A stretch of DNA of 56,844 nucleotides, taken from Candidatus Limnocylindrales bacterium (GTDB taxonomy: Bacteria > Chloroflexota > Limnocylindria > Limnocylindrales > CSP1-4). Numbering within the stretch: position 1 is the stretch's first letter; the number at the start of each line of letters is the position of its first letter. The stretch lies in the NCBI GenBank assembly GCA_036561685.1, contig DATBOX010000141.1, forward strand, positions 1-56,844, given 5' to 3'. The notes beneath the pieces are model-generated. The model saw nothing but the letters and a program-made list of their open reading frames with translations. It was not told the DNA's origin and ran no database searches. Positions 1-10,338 of this stretch are shown here, piece after piece. The translations under genes and the position numbers were made by a program.

Positions 1-135
1 GGCGGGCTCCTGTCGGTCGCGGTCCTGGTCGCCGCCGTCGTGCTCGTCCTCGCCGCGTGGATCATCGCGGCCCAGCTTGACCCCGACCTGATCGGCAGCT
101 GGCGATGGTCGGACGGGCTCCGCCAGCTCGCCTGA
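1..135 (+). CDS. 3' end of a CDS cut by the window edge (hydrophobic C-terminal helix, product unknown)
   Basis: Frame 1 is open from base 1 to TGA 133-135. Translated tail GGLLSVAVLVAAVVLVLAAWIIAAQ... looks like a TM helix. Too short for the ORF track. Confidence 0.4.
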   Translation, partial: GGLLSVAVLVAAVVLVLAAWIIAAQLDPDLIGSWRWSDGLRQLA

Positions 136-196
136 GCCCCCCGGCCTAGCGGCGGGAGCTGGCGGTGGTCGGAAGGGCTGCAGCTGGGCTAAGCCC
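97..196 (+). repeat. Imperfect ~43-nt direct duplication of the 3' coding tail (copies 97-139 and 157-196)
   Basis: agctggcgatggtcggacgggct (97-119) versus agctggcggtggtcggaagggct (157-179), period 60 nt. The second copy still reads SWRWSEGLQLG-stop. Confidence 0.6.
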
Positions 197-201
197 AGGC
201 G

Positions 202-1020
202 TCAGCGGCGCGCGCTCGCCCCGGTGGCTGCTCCGGCGGTGGCTTCGGCCCCCACGAGGCGCTGCGAGATGTAGACGGGGATCGTGGAAAGGAGGATCAC
301 GAAGAGCGCCACGACGTTGACGATGGGCCGCTGGTTGGGCTGGTGGAGGTGGTCGTAGATCCAGATCGGGATCGTCTCCTGGGTGCCGGCCACGAAATAC
401 GTGACGATGATCTCGTCGAACGACAGGGCGAACGCGAGCAGTGCGCCGGCCAGCAGGGCCGTGCGGATGACCGGCAGGGTCACGTAGCGGAAGGTCTGCA
501 GCTGGTCCGCGCCGAGGTCGGCCGAGGCCTCCTCGAGCGACGACGAGGACCGCCGCAGGCGGGCGATGACGTTGTTGTAGACGACGACCACGCAGAACGT
601 GGCGTGCCCGATGACGATCGTCAGCGTGCCCAGCCCAAGGCCGATGCCGCGGAACGCGGCGTTGAGGGCGATGCCCGTGATGATGCCGGGCAGGGCGATC
701 GGCAGGACCAGGGCGAACGAGACGATGTCACGGCCAAAGAAGCGATAGCGGTGGACGGCCAGCGAGGCGGCCGTGCCCAGGATGATCGCCGCCAGCATGG
801 CCAGCGTGGCGATCGAGACGGACAGCACCATCGCGTCGCGCACCGACTGGTTGTTGAAGGCGTCGCCGAACCACTGCAGCGAGAAGTTTGTGATCGGCCA
901 CGTCTGGCCCCGGTCGCCGTTGAAGGCGTACAGGGCGATGACCGCGATGGGCAGGTACAGGAACGCCACGGTCAGGCCCGTCGCGACCCGCAGGCCGACG
1001 CGCGCGGCAGCCGCCCTCAT
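202..1020 (-). CDS. ABC transporter permease, PotC-like (spermidine/putrescine-type importer)
   Basis: 272-aa ORF with about 6 TM segments and an EAA-type loop (LEEASADLGADQLQTFRYVTLP). Lies in a 4-gene ABC operon. Confidence 0.85.
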   Translation of the reverse strand: MRAAAARVGLRVATGLTVAFLYLPIAVIALYAFNGDRGQTWPITNFSLQWFGDAFNNQSVRDAMVLSVSIATLAMLAAIILGTAASLAVHRYRFFGRDIVSFALVLPIALPGIITGIALNAAFRGIGLGLGTLTIVIGHATFCVVVVYNNVIARLRRSSSSLEEASADLGADQLQTFRYVTLPVIRTALLAGALLAFALSFDEIIVTYFVAGTQETIPIWIYDHLHQPNQRPIVNVVALFVILLSTIPVYISQRLVGAEATAGAATGASARR

Positions 1021-1021
1021 C

Positions 1022-1951
1022 TCACAGCGCCTCGAACGCGCCGAGACGGCGCACCGTGAGCAGGTAGACGGCCATGATGGCGATGGGGACCATGGCGAAG
1101 GCGGCCGCGAACGGGATGTCGCCGGCCACCCCGAGTTCGCCCACGATGACGTTGCCGATGAACTGCGAGTTGGACACGAGGCTCGGCGTGATGTAGTCGC
1201 CCAGGGTGAGCGAGAAGGTGAAGATCGACCCGGCCGCGAGGGCCGGGATGGCCAGCGGCAGGATGATCCGGCGGAACGTCGTCCACGGCCGTCCGCCGAG
1301 GTCGGCCGACGCCTCCAGGTACGAGGCGGGGATGCGTTCCAGCCCGGCGAAGATGGGCAGGATCATGTACGGCAGCCAGAGATAGATGAAGACGATCGTC
1401 ATCGACAGGTCGGAGATGCCGAACAGCGAGCCCACGTTGGCGATGCCGAGCTGGGCGAAGGCCCAGTCGACCAGCCCGCTGTCGGAGAGGATCACCCGCC
1501 AGGCGTAGACCCGCACGAGGTAGCTGGCCCACAGCGGCAGGAGGACGGCCACCGCGAGCGCGGCCCGCGTGCGAGGCGAGGCCACGCGGGCCATGTAGAA
1601 CGCGATGGGGAAGGCGATGACGGCGTCGGCCACCGTCACGATGGCGGCGATCACGGTCGTGCGCAGCGCGATCGTGGGGTAGACGCTCTCCGTGACCAGC
1701 TTCTGCAGGTTGGCCAGGCTGAACTGGTGGAGGACCTGGTGGGTGGTCGGGTCCAGGGTCCAGAAGGCCGAGACCAGCAGGAGCGCGAGCGAGCCGTAGT
1801 AGACCAGGCCGAACCAGCCGGCCGGCGGGACGAGCAGCGCCAGGAGCTGGAGCCGCGGGTGGCGGCTGAACCAGCCCAGCAGGCGCCGGCGCGCCCCGCC
1901 CGGCACGGGTATGGCGCCTAGCCCTTCACGCTCGTGTAGGCGTCGATCCAC
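1022..1951 (-). CDS. ABC transporter permease, PotB-like
   Basis: 309-aa ORF with EAA loop (YLEASADLGGRPWTTFRRIILP). The start is uncertain: ATG 1951 overlaps the upstream gene by 34 nt and GTG 1906 is an alternative. Confidence 0.82.
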   Translation of the reverse strand: MDRRLHEREGLGAIPVPGGARRRLLGWFSRHPRLQLLALLVPPAGWFGLVYYGSLALLLVSAFWTLDPTTHQVLHQFSLANLQKLVTESVYPTIALRTTVIAAIVTVADAVIAFPIAFYMARVASPRTRAALAVAVLLPLWASYLVRVYAWRVILSDSGLVDWAFAQLGIANVGSLFGISDLSMTIVFIYLWLPYMILPIFAGLERIPASYLEASADLGGRPWTTFRRIILPLAIPALAAGSIFTFSLTLGDYITPSLVSNSQFIGNVIVGELGVAGDIPFAAAFAMVPIAIMAVYLLTVRRLGAFEAL

Positions 1952-3192
1952 TTCGAGTAGTCGACACAGGTCTTGCCTCGACTATCTCCGCAGTCGGCGC
2001 TCGGCGTCTTCCAGAAGGCCACCGCGTTGTAGAACGCCGTGTCCTGGGCGTGGTAGATGGTGCAGAAGTCCTTGATGCCGTACGGGCCGTAGACGGCGTC
2101 GAGCTTGGGGCAGGCGAGGGGATTGGCCGGCGCCTCACCGAAGTACTCGGCCGACTGGACCTGGGTGTCGGGCTTGAGGGCCCACGCCATCCACAGGTAC
2201 ATGCAGTTGGGGTGCTTGGCGTACGCCGACATCATCCATGTGTCGGCCCATCCGGTCACGCCCTCGGTCGGCACGACGGTCGCGATCTTGACCTTGCCGT
2301 CGGCCGTGATGGTGTTGGCCTGGTACTGCCAGGCCGTGCCGATGGTCGACGTGCCGGCCTCGAAGTTGTCGATCTCGTCGGTGTACGAGGCCCAGTACTT
2401 GCCCACGAACGGCTGCTGCGCCTTGAGCAGGGCCACGGCCGCGTCGAACTGCGGCTGGGTCAACTCGTACGGATCGGTGATGCCAAGCGCCGGCTGGGCA
2501 CTCTTGAGGTAGAGCGCCGCGTCGGCGATGTAGATGGGCCCGGCGTAGTCGGTGATCTTGCCCTTGACGGCGGCGGCCTGGGTGGGGTCGAAGACCGACG
2601 CCCAGCTGGTCGGGGCGGTCGTGAAGTCCTTCGTGTTGTACATCAGGAAGTTGGCGCCCCAGCCGAGCGAGATGCCGTAGTGCACCCCGTTGACCGTGTT
2701 GTGCGCGGGGCTCTGCAGGAACGGCGAGATGTTGACGTAGTCGGGGATGAGGTTGACGTTGATGGGCGCGATCTCGCCGGCACCGATCAGGCGGTTGGAG
2801 GCGTCGCCGGAGGCCGAGACGCCGTCATACAGCCCGTGGTTCTGGGTCATCAGGTTGTACATGTCGTCCGACGTGTCGGCCGTCTTGGCGTTGACCTTGC
2901 AACCGGTCGCGTCCTGGAACGGCTTGACCCAGTTGTAATGGGGGTCGTTGGAGCCGTCCTCGGCGTAGCCGGGCCAGATGACGAGGTCCAGCTCGCCTTC
3001 GCCGGCGCCCACGGAGGTGGGCAGACTGGGCCCGGCGCTCGCCGCCGGGGTCCCGGATGCGACCGTCGTGGGCGGCGCCACGCTGTTCGCGGGGGTGCCC
3101 GTCGCGGCCGGCGGGGTCGTCGCCGTGCCGGAACACGCGCTCGCCAGGATGGCCGTCGCGGCCACCAGGGCCGCCCATCGTCGGTTGTTCAC
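1918..3192 (-). CDS. ABC substrate-binding lipoprotein, PotD/PotF-like
   Basis: 424-aa ORF with signal peptide and lipobox (AILASAC), then a Pro/Thr/Ala linker and a periplasmic-binding-protein-like body. GTG start overlaps the upstream stop (GTGA). Confidence 0.85.
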   Translation of the reverse strand: MNNRRWAALVAATAILASACSGTATTPPAATGTPANSVAPPTTVASGTPAASAGPSLPTSVGAGEGELDLVIWPGYAEDGSNDPHYNWVKPFQDATGCKVNAKTADTSDDMYNLMTQNHGLYDGVSASGDASNRLIGAGEIAPINVNLIPDYVNISPFLQSPAHNTVNGVHYGISLGWGANFLMYNTKDFTTAPTSWASVFDPTQAAAVKGKITDYAGPIYIADAALYLKSAQPALGITDPYELTQPQFDAAVALLKAQQPFVGKYWASYTDEIDNFEAGTSTIGTAWQYQANTITADGKVKIATVVPTEGVTGWADTWMMSAYAKHPNCMYLWMAWALKPDTQVQSAEYFGEAPANPLACPKLDAVYGPYGIKDFCTIYHAQDTAFYNAVAFWKTPSADCGDSRGKTCVDYSKWIDAYTSVKG

Positions 3193-4406
3193 GCCCGTAC
3201 CTCCTCCTCCGGCGCCGGCACCGTGCCGGCGTCCACTGTCCCCTCGCCCCCGTCGGCCTGGACGGGGTAGTCATGTTCGCGGTTCCAGATGAGCCGCACG
3301 CGCCGACCCGAGGCCGCCAGGGCCTGCGTCGACGAGGTCGCCAGGTTCTGCTGGGTGACCACCAGTCGCGGGCCCAGGTCAAGGTGGACGACGTATCGCG
3401 TGTCCGAGCCCAGGTACACGACCTCGCCGATGCGCCCCAGGGCGCTCGTTTCGTCGGCCGCCACGGGATCGTCGGGCTCGGCGATGCGGATCTTCTCGGG
3501 CCGCACCGTGAACGTCCCGGCGCGTCCCACGATCTGGCGCGCGGCCTCGCCGCTGAGCAGGTTGGAGGTGCCCACGAAGCCCGCCACGAACGCCGTCGCC
3601 GGTCGCTCGTAGACCTCCGCCGGGGCGCCGACCTGCTCGATCCGCCCACGGCTGAAGACGGCCAGGCGGTCGCTCATGGCGAGCGCCTCCTCCTGGTCGT
3701 GCGTCACGTAGATGAAGGTGATGCCGACGCGCTGCTGGATGGCCTTGAGCTCCAGCTGCATCTCCTCGCGGAGCTTGAGGTCGAGCGCCCCGAGCGGCTC
3801 GTCCAGCAGCAGCACCTTGGGCTGGTTCACCAGCGCTCGGGCGAGCGCCACCCGCTGTCGCTGGCCGCCGGAGAGCTGGGCCGGGCGGCGGGCGTCGTAC
3901 CCGTCGAGGCGCACCATGCGGAGCGCATCGGCGACGCGGGTCCGTCGCTCCTCGCGGGGCACCTTGCGGATCATCAGGCCGTAGGCCACGTTGTCGGCGA
4001 CCGTCATGTGGGGGAACAGGGCGTAGTCCTGGAAGACGGTGTTGACGTCGCGCTCGAAGGGTGGGCGGCGCGTGACGTCCTCGCCGGAGAGCAGGATCCG
4101 GCCACTGGTGGGCAACTCGAAGCCGGCGATCATGCGCAGGGTCGTGGTCTTGCCCGAGCCGGACGGGCCAAGGAGTGAGAAGAACTCGCCGACCCTGACG
4201 TCAAGGTCCACGCCGGCCACGGCCACGACCTCACCGAAGGTCTTGCGCACCCCCTCCAGGCGCACGGCGACGGCGGGCGGCACCGCCTCGGCGGTAGTGA
4301 CGTTGGCGGTACCAGCCTGCACGCCGTCCCTCAATGCGCGGGTCCATGGCACCGGAGGTGCGACCTGTTCTCCCGCCAGGGTCGCGGCGCCTCGATGGCA
4401 CCGCAC
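3189..4406 (-). CDS. ABC transporter ATP-binding protein, PotA-like
   Basis: Walker [10 protein letters not shown], signature [15 protein letters not shown], Walker B LLLDEP, and a C-terminal TOBE-like domain. GGGAGG lies 7 nt upstream of GTG 4406. Confidence 0.9.
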   Translation of the reverse strand: MRCHRGAATLAGEQVAPPVPWTRALRDGVQAGTANVTTAEAVPPAVAVRLEGVRKTFGEVVAVAGVDLDVRVGEFFSLLGPSGSGKTTTLRMIAGFELPTSGRILLSGEDVTRRPPFERDVNTVFQDYALFPHMTVADNVAYGLMIRKVPREERRTRVADALRMVRLDGYDARRPAQLSGGQRQRVALARALVNQPKVLLLDEPLGALDLKLREEMQLELKAIQQRVGITFIYVTHDQEEALAMSDRLAVFSRGRIEQVGAPAEVYERPATAFVAGFVGTSNLLSGEAARQIVGRAGTFTVRPEKIRIAEPDDPVAADETSALGRIGEVVYLGSDTRYVVHLDLGPRLVVTQQNLATSSTQALAASGRRVRLIWNREHDYPVQADGGEGTVDAGTVPAPEEEVRA

Positions 4407-4507
4407 TGTGCGACCTCCCGCGGACCGGTGTCAAGTCGCTGCGTGCGGCTGCGCCGACGCTACACTTGCCCCGCAAGCCAACGCGCAGGACAAGGAGATC
4501 TGCCCGC

Positions 4508-4795
4508 ATGACGTATGTCATCGCCGAGCCGTGTATCGACGTGATCGACCAGGCATGCGTGGCGGTCTGCCCGGTGGACTGTATCCACTTCGAGCAGGGC
4601 GTCGATCGCATGCTCTACATCGATCCCAACGAGTGCATCGACTGCGGGGCGTGCGAACCCGAGTGCCCCGTGACGGCCATCTTCCCCGAGGATTCGCTGC
4701 CGCCCGAATGGGCCGCCTACACGCGGGTCAACGCCCAGTGGTTCGAGGACAAGGCGGCCGCGCGCGTCGCCGTGGACGGCCTCAAACCTCGCTGA
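4508..4795 (+). CDS. Ferredoxin (7Fe type, 3Fe-4S plus 4Fe-4S)
   Basis: [26 protein letters not shown]...[13 protein letters not shown] cysteine motifs. ATG 4508 is preceded by AAGGAG. The upstream part of ORF 4334-4795 is Arg-rich junk. Confidence 0.88.
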   Translation: MTYVIAEPCIDVIDQACVAVCPVDCIHFEQGVDRMLYIDPNECIDCGACEPECPVTAIFPEDSLPPEWAAYTRVNAQWFEDKAAARVAVDGLKPR

Positions 4796-4810
4796 CCGCC
4801 CGAGGCACCC

Positions 4811-4831
4811 GGCCGGGGCAGATCCCCGGCC
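4811..4831 (+). terminator. GC hairpin after the ferredoxin gene (GGCCGGGG-CAGAT-CCCCGGCC), no U-tract
   Basis: Perfect 8-bp stem with a 5-nt loop, 16 nt after the stop codon. No T-run follows. Confidence 0.3.
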
Positions 4832-4872
4832 CTTCCCGCCGCTCGGCCATGGTCTGCCGCTAGGCTGACGCC

Positions 4873-5796
4873 GTGCGCATCGTCTCACTCCTGCCGTCGG
4901 CCACCGAGATCGTCTTCGCCCTCGGCCTGGGCGACGAGATGGTCGGCCGGACCCACGAATGCGACTATCCGCCGGCAGCGGCCACCGTGCCGGTCATGAC
5001 CGCCGATGCCACTCCCGAGCCGGGTGCCCCGAGTCGGCGCATCCACGACCGCGTGCGCGCCCAGCTGCACGGCGGGAGCGCCATCTACCGCCTCGACGAG
5101 GCGGCCCTCGCCGCGGCCCGGCCGGACCTCATCCTGACCCAGGAGCTGTGCGAGGTGTGCGCCGTCAGCTACCGCCAGGTCGCCGAGGCGGTCCGGGCCA
5201 TCGACGCCGAGGTGACGGTGGTCAGCCTGGAACCGACCTCCCTGGAGGGCATCTTCAACACGATCACCACGGTCGGCGCCTATGCCTCGGCAGAGGACGA
5301 GGCAGTCGGCCTCGTGGAGGTCCTGCGCGAGCGCCTGGCTGCCCTGGAGAACCGCGTGCTCGAACGGCGCCTCGACGGCGTCGCCCCCCGGCGCGTCGTC
5401 TGCGCCGAGTGGCTCGATCCGCCCTTCACCGCCGGTCACTGGGTCCCCGAGCAGGTGCGGCGCGCCGGCGGCTGGGAGCTGCTGGGGCAGGCCGGCGCCC
5501 GGTCGGTCGAGACGACATGGGAGGCCGTCCGCGACGTCGATCCGCAGCAGCTCTTCCTCATGCCGTGCGGCTTCGACGCGACCCAGACGCGGGACGAGTG
5601 GGCGCGCACGCCCCATCCCGCCTGGTTCGCCGACCTCCAGGCGGTGCGTGAGGGCCAGGTGTTCGCCGTCGACGGGTCGGCCTACTTCAGCCGGCCCGGG
5701 CCGCGGGCCATCGAGGGCGTCGCCCTGCTGGCCGAATTGATGGACCCGGTCGGCTTCGCCGGAGAGGCGCCGCCGGGCAGCTGGTCCCCGGCCTAG
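4873..5796 (+). CDS. BtuF/FhuD-like (cobalamin/siderophore-type) binding-protein homologue without a signal peptide
   Basis: [33 protein letters not shown] is a typical class III binding-protein N-terminus. There is no leader peptide and no adjacent permease. GTG start. Confidence 0.7.
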   Translation: MRIVSLLPSATEIVFALGLGDEMVGRTHECDYPPAAATVPVMTADATPEPGAPSRRIHDRVRAQLHGGSAIYRLDEAALAAARPDLILTQELCEVCAVSYRQVAEAVRAIDAEVTVVSLEPTSLEGIFNTITTVGAYASAEDEAVGLVEVLRERLAALENRVLERRLDGVAPRRVVCAEWLDPPFTAGHWVPEQVRRAGGWELLGQAGARSVETTWEAVRDVDPQQLFLMPCGFDATQTRDEWARTPHPAWFADLQAVREGQVFAVDGSAYFSRPGPRAIEGVALLAELMDPVGFAGEAPPGSWSPA

Positions 5797-7154
5797 ACCT
5801 TGGGCAGCCCGGCGAGGGCCGCCGCCACCTTCTCCGTGGGGTACTCGTAGTCCTCCAGGCGCCCGCTCAGGTAGCGCTCGTAGGCCGACAGGTCGAAGTG
5901 TCCGTGGCCGCACAGGTTGAACAGGATGACCTTGGCCTGGCCGGCCTCGCGGGCCGCCACCGCCTCGTCGATGGCGACCTTGATGGCGTGGGCCGGCTCG
6001 GGGGCGGGCAGGATGCCCTCGGCCCGGGCGAACATCACGCCGGCCTCGAACGTGGCCTTCTGGTGGACGGCCTGGGCCTCGATCACGCCCTGCTCCTTGA
6101 GCAGGCTGACGAGCGGTGCCATGCCGTGGTAGCGCAAGCCCCCGGCGTGGATCGGGTCGGGCACGAAGTCGTGGCCCAGCGTGTGCATCTTGACCAGCGG
6201 CGTCATCTGGCCGGTGTCGCCGAAGTCGTAGGCGTAGACGCCGCGCGTCATGGACGGCGCGGCCTCCGGCTCGACCGCGATGACCCGGTAGTCGGCCTCG
6301 CCGCGCAGCTTCTGGCCCAGGAACGGGAAGGTCAGGCCGGCGAAGTTCGAGCCGCCGCCGGTGCAGCCGATGATCACGTCGGGGCTCTCGCCGGCCATGG
6401 CCATCTGCTCGATCGCCTCCTGGCCGATGACGGTCTGGTGCAGCAGCACGTGGTTGAGCACCGAGCCCAGGGAGTACTTCGTGTCGTCGCGCTTGGCCGC
6501 GTCCTCGACCGCCTCCGAGATGGCGATGCCGAGCGAGCCGGGGCTGTCGGGGTCATCCGCCAGCACCCGCCGGCCGTAGTCGGTGGTCAGGCTGGGGCTG
6601 GCCACGACCTCCGCGCCATAGACCTCCATGAGCACGCGGCGGTACGGCTTCTGGTCGTAGCTGACGCGCACCATGTAGACCTTGACCTCGAGGCCGAAGA
6701 GCGCACCGGCGAAGGCGAGGGCGGTACCCCACTGGCCGGCGCCCGTCTCGGTCGCGAGGCGCTTCACGCCCTCGGCCTTGTTGTAGTAGGCCTGGGCGAT
6801 GGCCGTGTTGGGCTTGTGGCTGCCGGCGGGGCTGACGCCCTCGTACTTGTAGTAGATATGGGCCGGCGTCTGAAGGACCGCTTCCAGGCGATGCGCGCGA
6901 TAGAGCGGCGACGGCCGGTAGAGGGCGTAGGCATCGCGTACCGGCCCGGGGATCTCGATCTCGCGCTCGGTGCTGACCTCCTGGCCGATGAGGGCCATGG
7001 GGAAGAGCGGCGCAAGATCGGCCGGGCCGATCGGCTGGCCGGTGCCGGGATGGAGCACCGGGGCGGGTGGCGTGGGCAGGTCGGCCGCGATGTTGTACCA
7101 GACGCGCGGGATGCGTGACTCATCCAGCACGAACTTGGTGCGCTTCTCCGCCAT
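5793..7154 (-). CDS. trpB2: TrpB-like PLP-dependent enzyme (tryptophan synthase beta, TrpB2 type)
   Basis: [11 protein letters not shown]-lysine motif and the long TrpB2-type N-terminus ([20 protein letters not shown]). ATG 7154 is preceded by GGAGGAGGAG. Confidence 0.87.
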   Translation of the reverse strand: MAEKRTKFVLDESRIPRVWYNIAADLPTPPAPVLHPGTGQPIGPADLAPLFPMALIGQEVSTEREIEIPGPVRDAYALYRPSPLYRAHRLEAVLQTPAHIYYKYEGVSPAGSHKPNTAIAQAYYNKAEGVKRLATETGAGQWGTALAFAGALFGLEVKVYMVRVSYDQKPYRRVLMEVYGAEVVASPSLTTDYGRRVLADDPDSPGSLGIAISEAVEDAAKRDDTKYSLGSVLNHVLLHQTVIGQEAIEQMAMAGESPDVIIGCTGGGSNFAGLTFPFLGQKLRGEADYRVIAVEPEAAPSMTRGVYAYDFGDTGQMTPLVKMHTLGHDFVPDPIHAGGLRYHGMAPLVSLLKEQGVIEAQAVHQKATFEAGVMFARAEGILPAPEPAHAIKVAIDEAVAAREAGQAKVILFNLCGHGHFDLSAYERYLSGRLEDYEYPTEKVAAALAGLPKV

Positions 7155-7280
7155 GGCCCGCTCCTCCTCCTGGTCGCCGGCTGCCGGCCATCGGGTGCGC
7201 GCCATGGCCGCCGGGGGGCACAGGATACCGGGCGCGCGCGCCGGCGGCGACATGCGGCCCGCTCATGGCACGATGGCACG

Positions 7281-8213
7281 GTGCCGGTTCGTGAGACGTT
7301 CGACTGCCTGTGGTGCGGCCAGCACTGGACGGTGCGTGACCGGCAGGACCTGGAAGCGTGGGCCCACCTGTGCCCCGAGTGCCTGGGCCGTGCGGGCGAC
7401 AACCCGTTCCTGCGGGCGCGGCTGCGGGCCGCCCTGGCCGAGCGAGCGGGCGCCGCGCAGGGGTCGGGCGCCGCGCAGGGGTCGGCCGTCGCGGAGGAGT
7501 CGGCCCGCGCCGGGGCGGCGACGGTTGACGAGCCGACCGACGCGGACCTGATCGCCTACTACGACGCTCGGGCCCCGGAGTACGACGACTTCTACCTGCG
7601 CCGCGGGCGGTACCGGCGTGGCGTGATCGACGACATGGCGTGGCAGATGGAGCTTGATCAGGCCACCGCCTGGCTGGATGACGTGCCCTTCAGCGGCCGC
7701 CTGGTGGAGCTGGCGAGCGGTACCGGATGGTGGTCGCCGCTGCTGGCCGGCAAGGGCGAGTTGTGGTGCTACGACGCGGCCGCGGCACCACTCGAGCTGG
7801 CGCGCCGGCGACTGGTCGCCCACCACCTGCTGGCCCACTTGCATCAGCGCGACGCATGGGCGCCGCCGGAGCCGCCTCCCGCGGGCGGGCTGTTCACCGG
7901 CTTCTGGCTGAGCCACGTGCCGCGCCATCGCCTGGCCGACTTCCTGCGCCTCGCCCGAGCCTGGCTCGCGCCGGGCGGGACCTATGCATTCATCGACTCG
8001 CGCCTCGACCCGGCGTCCGGTGCCGCCGGCAACGACTGGGACGCCGCCACCGAGGTGGCCACGCGGCGCCTGGCGGACGGCCGTGCCTTCCGCGTGCCGA
8101 AGGTGTTCTACGAGCCGGCCGAACTGGAGCGGGCGCTTGGCACGGCCGGCTTCAGCGACGCCACCGTCTCCACCACGGGCCGGTTCTTCCTCCTGGGCCG
8201 CGCCACCGCCTGA
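7281..8213 (+). CDS. Class I SAM-dependent methyltransferase with an N-terminal CxxC...CxxC zinc-ribbon
   Basis: CLWCGQHW...CPECLGR, then a linker, then motif I VELASGTGWW. GTG start. Confidence 0.72.
   Translation: MPVRETFDCLWCGQHWTVRDRQDLEAWAHLCPECLGRAGDNPFLRARLRAALAERAGAAQGSGAAQGSAVAEESARAGAATVDEPTDADLIAYYDARAPEYDDFYLRRGRYRRGVIDDMAWQMELDQATAWLDDVPFSGRLVELASGTGWWSPLLAGKGELWCYDAAAAPLELARRRLVAHHLLAHLHQRDAWAPPEPPPAGGLFTGFWLSHVPRHRLADFLRLARAWLAPGGTYAFIDSRLDPASGAAGNDWDAATEVATRRLADGRAFRVPKVFYEPAELERALGTAGFSDATVSTTGRFFLLGRATA
7448..7483 (+). repeat. Perfect 18-nt tandem duplication inside the methyltransferase linker (GAAQGS x2)
   Basis: gggcgccgcgcaggggtc at 7448-7465 and again at 7466-7483. 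Confidence 0.9.
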
Positions 8214-8244
8214 GCCCGTCGGCCCGTCGGTATACTCGGCGCCC

Positions 8245-9096
8245 ATGTCGCTCGCCACCGCCACCATCGGCATCGTCGGTTCTGGAGTCATGGCGGAGGC
8301 CATGATCGCGGGGCTCCTGCGTGGCGGTGACGTGAGCCCGGAGCGCATCGTGGCCAGCCATCCGCGGGCCGACCGACGGGCGCAGCTGGAACAGACGTAC
8401 GGCATCCGGGCCGTCGAGTCCAACGCCGCGGCCGCCGACGGCGCCGATGTCATCGTGCTCGGCGTCAAGCCCCAGATGCTCATCCGCGTGGGCCGGGACC
8501 TGGCCCCCGTCCTGAGCGAGGGGCAACTCGTCCTGAGCATCATCGCGGGGGCCACCACGACCGCCCTCGCCAACGCCCTGCGGCACCGCCAGATCGTGCG
8601 CAGCATGCCCAACACGCCGGCGCGCCTGGGGCGGGGCATGACCGTGTGGTACGCCACGCCAGAGGTCAGCGCGGCGCAGCGCGCGCAGGCCGCGAGCCTG
8701 CTGCAGACCCTCGGTGCCGAGCTGGCCGTGGACGACGAGCGCATGGTGGCCATGGCCACGGCGGTCAGCGGGACCGGGCCCACGTACGTCTTCCTGGTCA
8801 TGGAGGCCCTCATCGACTCGGCCGTCCACCTGGGCTTCCCGCGCCACATCGCCCACGACCTCGTGGTGGAGACGCTCGAGGGCAGCACCTACTTCGCCAA
8901 GCAGAGCGGCGACCACCCCGCCGTGCTGCGCAACATGGTCACCTCGCCGGGCGGGACCAGCGCCGCCGCGCTCCACGAGCTCGAATCGGGGCGCCTGCGG
9001 ACCGTGCTCTCGGAGGCGGTCTGGGCGGCTTACCGGCGCACCGAAGAGCTCGGCCGGCAACTCGAGGACGCCACCGCGCCCGACGCGGATCACTGA
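8245..9096 (+). CDS. proC: Pyrroline-5-carboxylate reductase
   Basis: IGIVGSGVMAEAMIAGL Rossmann N-terminus and the C-terminal VTSPGGTSAAAL motif. ATG 8245; the upstream part of ORF 7984-9096 is shadow. Confidence 0.9.
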   Translation: MSLATATIGIVGSGVMAEAMIAGLLRGGDVSPERIVASHPRADRRAQLEQTYGIRAVESNAAAADGADVIVLGVKPQMLIRVGRDLAPVLSEGQLVLSIIAGATTTALANALRHRQIVRSMPNTPARLGRGMTVWYATPEVSAAQRAQAASLLQTLGAELAVDDERMVAMATAVSGTGPTYVFLVMEALIDSAVHLGFPRHIAHDLVVETLEGSTYFAKQSGDHPAVLRNMVTSPGGTSAAALHELESGRLRTVLSEAVWAAYRRTEELGRQLEDATAPDADH

Positions 9097-10331
9097 GGCG
9101 AGCCCTGGACGGCTCGTCTGATTGGCGGCGCCTCGCGCTGATCTTCGCCACGGCGGGCTTCGTCGAAACGGTCAGCTTCGGGCACTTCGTGACGTTCATG
9201 CCCCTGCTCGTGCGGAGTCTCGGGGTCACCGACTCAGGGCTGGCCGTGACGGTCGGCATCCTGTCCGTGGCGGCCTTCATCGCGGGCCTGCCGCTCGTGC
9301 CCTTCTGGGGTGCGTGGGCCGACCGCTACTCGCGCAAGGCGGTCATCGTGCGCAGCGCGGCCGTGGAGACGGTGCTGTTCCTGCTCCTGTCGCGGGTCGG
9401 TGCCGTGTGGCAGCTCTTCGTGCTCGTGCCGCTGGCCGGCCTCGTGCTGGGCAACACGGGGGTCATGCTGTCCGAGGTCTCCGACCGGGCGCCCCGGGCC
9501 CGCCTGGCGCTGGCCATCAGCATCGTCGGGACGGCCAGCCCGCTCGGGTTCGCCGTGGGGCCCGCCATCGGCGGCGTGATCGCGGACCACTCCTCGGTGC
9601 AGACGCTCTTCCTGCTCGACGGGCTGCTCTCGCTGGCCATGGTCGTGATGCTCACTACCCTGTATCACGAGCATCGCGAGCGCCCGTCAGGCGGCTCGGT
9701 GCTCGCGCTGGTGCGTGCCTCGCTGAGCGCCATCGTGCGCACGCCGCTGGCCCGTGGCGTGTTCGCCGGCTACTCCCTCCTGCTGCTGGGGCAGCGCCTG
9801 GTGGCGCCCTACCTGCCGCTGTACGTCGAACGGCTGTCCGGACCGGTCCAGCTGGCCACGGTCGTCGGGCTGGTGGCGGGCGCCTACGGGGTGGCCTCGG
9901 CGGTCGGCTCGCCGGTCGCCGGCACCGTGGCCGACCGGGTGGGGTACCGGCGCGTCTTCGCGGTGGGGGCGATCGTCGCCGGGGCCTGCCTGCTGCTCGC
10001 ATCGGTGGCCCCGTCGCTCCTGCCGTTCGCGCTCGTCTACGCCGGGTCCGGCATCGGCTTCGCCGCCTGCAGCTCGATGCTGTTCACGATGCTCGCCTCG
10101 GGCCTGCCCAAGGCCATCCGCTCGAGCGTGCTCAACCTCGCCCTGGCACCCCTCTACCTCAGTGGTGTCGCCGGCTCCCTGGCCTCGGCGGCGGTCCTGC
10201 AGCTCAACGGCGGCGACCTGGGCCCGCTGTGGGTGGGCGGCGGGGTGGCCGTCCTGCTGTCGCTCCTGCCGGTGGCCCGCCTGCGGCTGGCCGCGGCGCC
10301 CTCCCCGCCGGCGGCGCCGGCGCCGGCCTGA
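9093..10331 (+). CDS. MFS transporter (start codon unresolved, possibly CTG 9093 in a CTGA overlap with the proC stop)
   Basis: About 12 hydrophobic segments. TM1 (LALIFATAGFVETVSFGHFV) lies upstream of the first in-frame GTG/ATG after the proC stop (9189/9198). The ORF-track ATG at 8646 lies inside proC and would only add Arg-rich junk. Confidence 0.72.
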   Translation: MRRALDGSSDWRRLALIFATAGFVETVSFGHFVTFMPLLVRSLGVTDSGLAVTVGILSVAAFIAGLPLVPFWGAWADRYSRKAVIVRSAAVETVLFLLLSRVGAVWQLFVLVPLAGLVLGNTGVMLSEVSDRAPRARLALAISIVGTASPLGFAVGPAIGGVIADHSSVQTLFLLDGLLSLAMVVMLTTLYHEHRERPSGGSVLALVRASLSAIVRTPLARGVFAGYSLLLLGQRLVAPYLPLYVERLSGPVQLATVVGLVAGAYGVASAVGSPVAGTVADRVGYRRVFAVGAIVAGACLLLASVAPSLLPFALVYAGSGIGFAACSSMLFTMLASGLPKAIRSSVLNLALAPLYLSGVAGSLASAAVLQLNGGDLGPLWVGGGVAVLLSLLPVARLRLAAAPSPPAAPAPA

Positions 10332-10338
10332 CTCCCAC

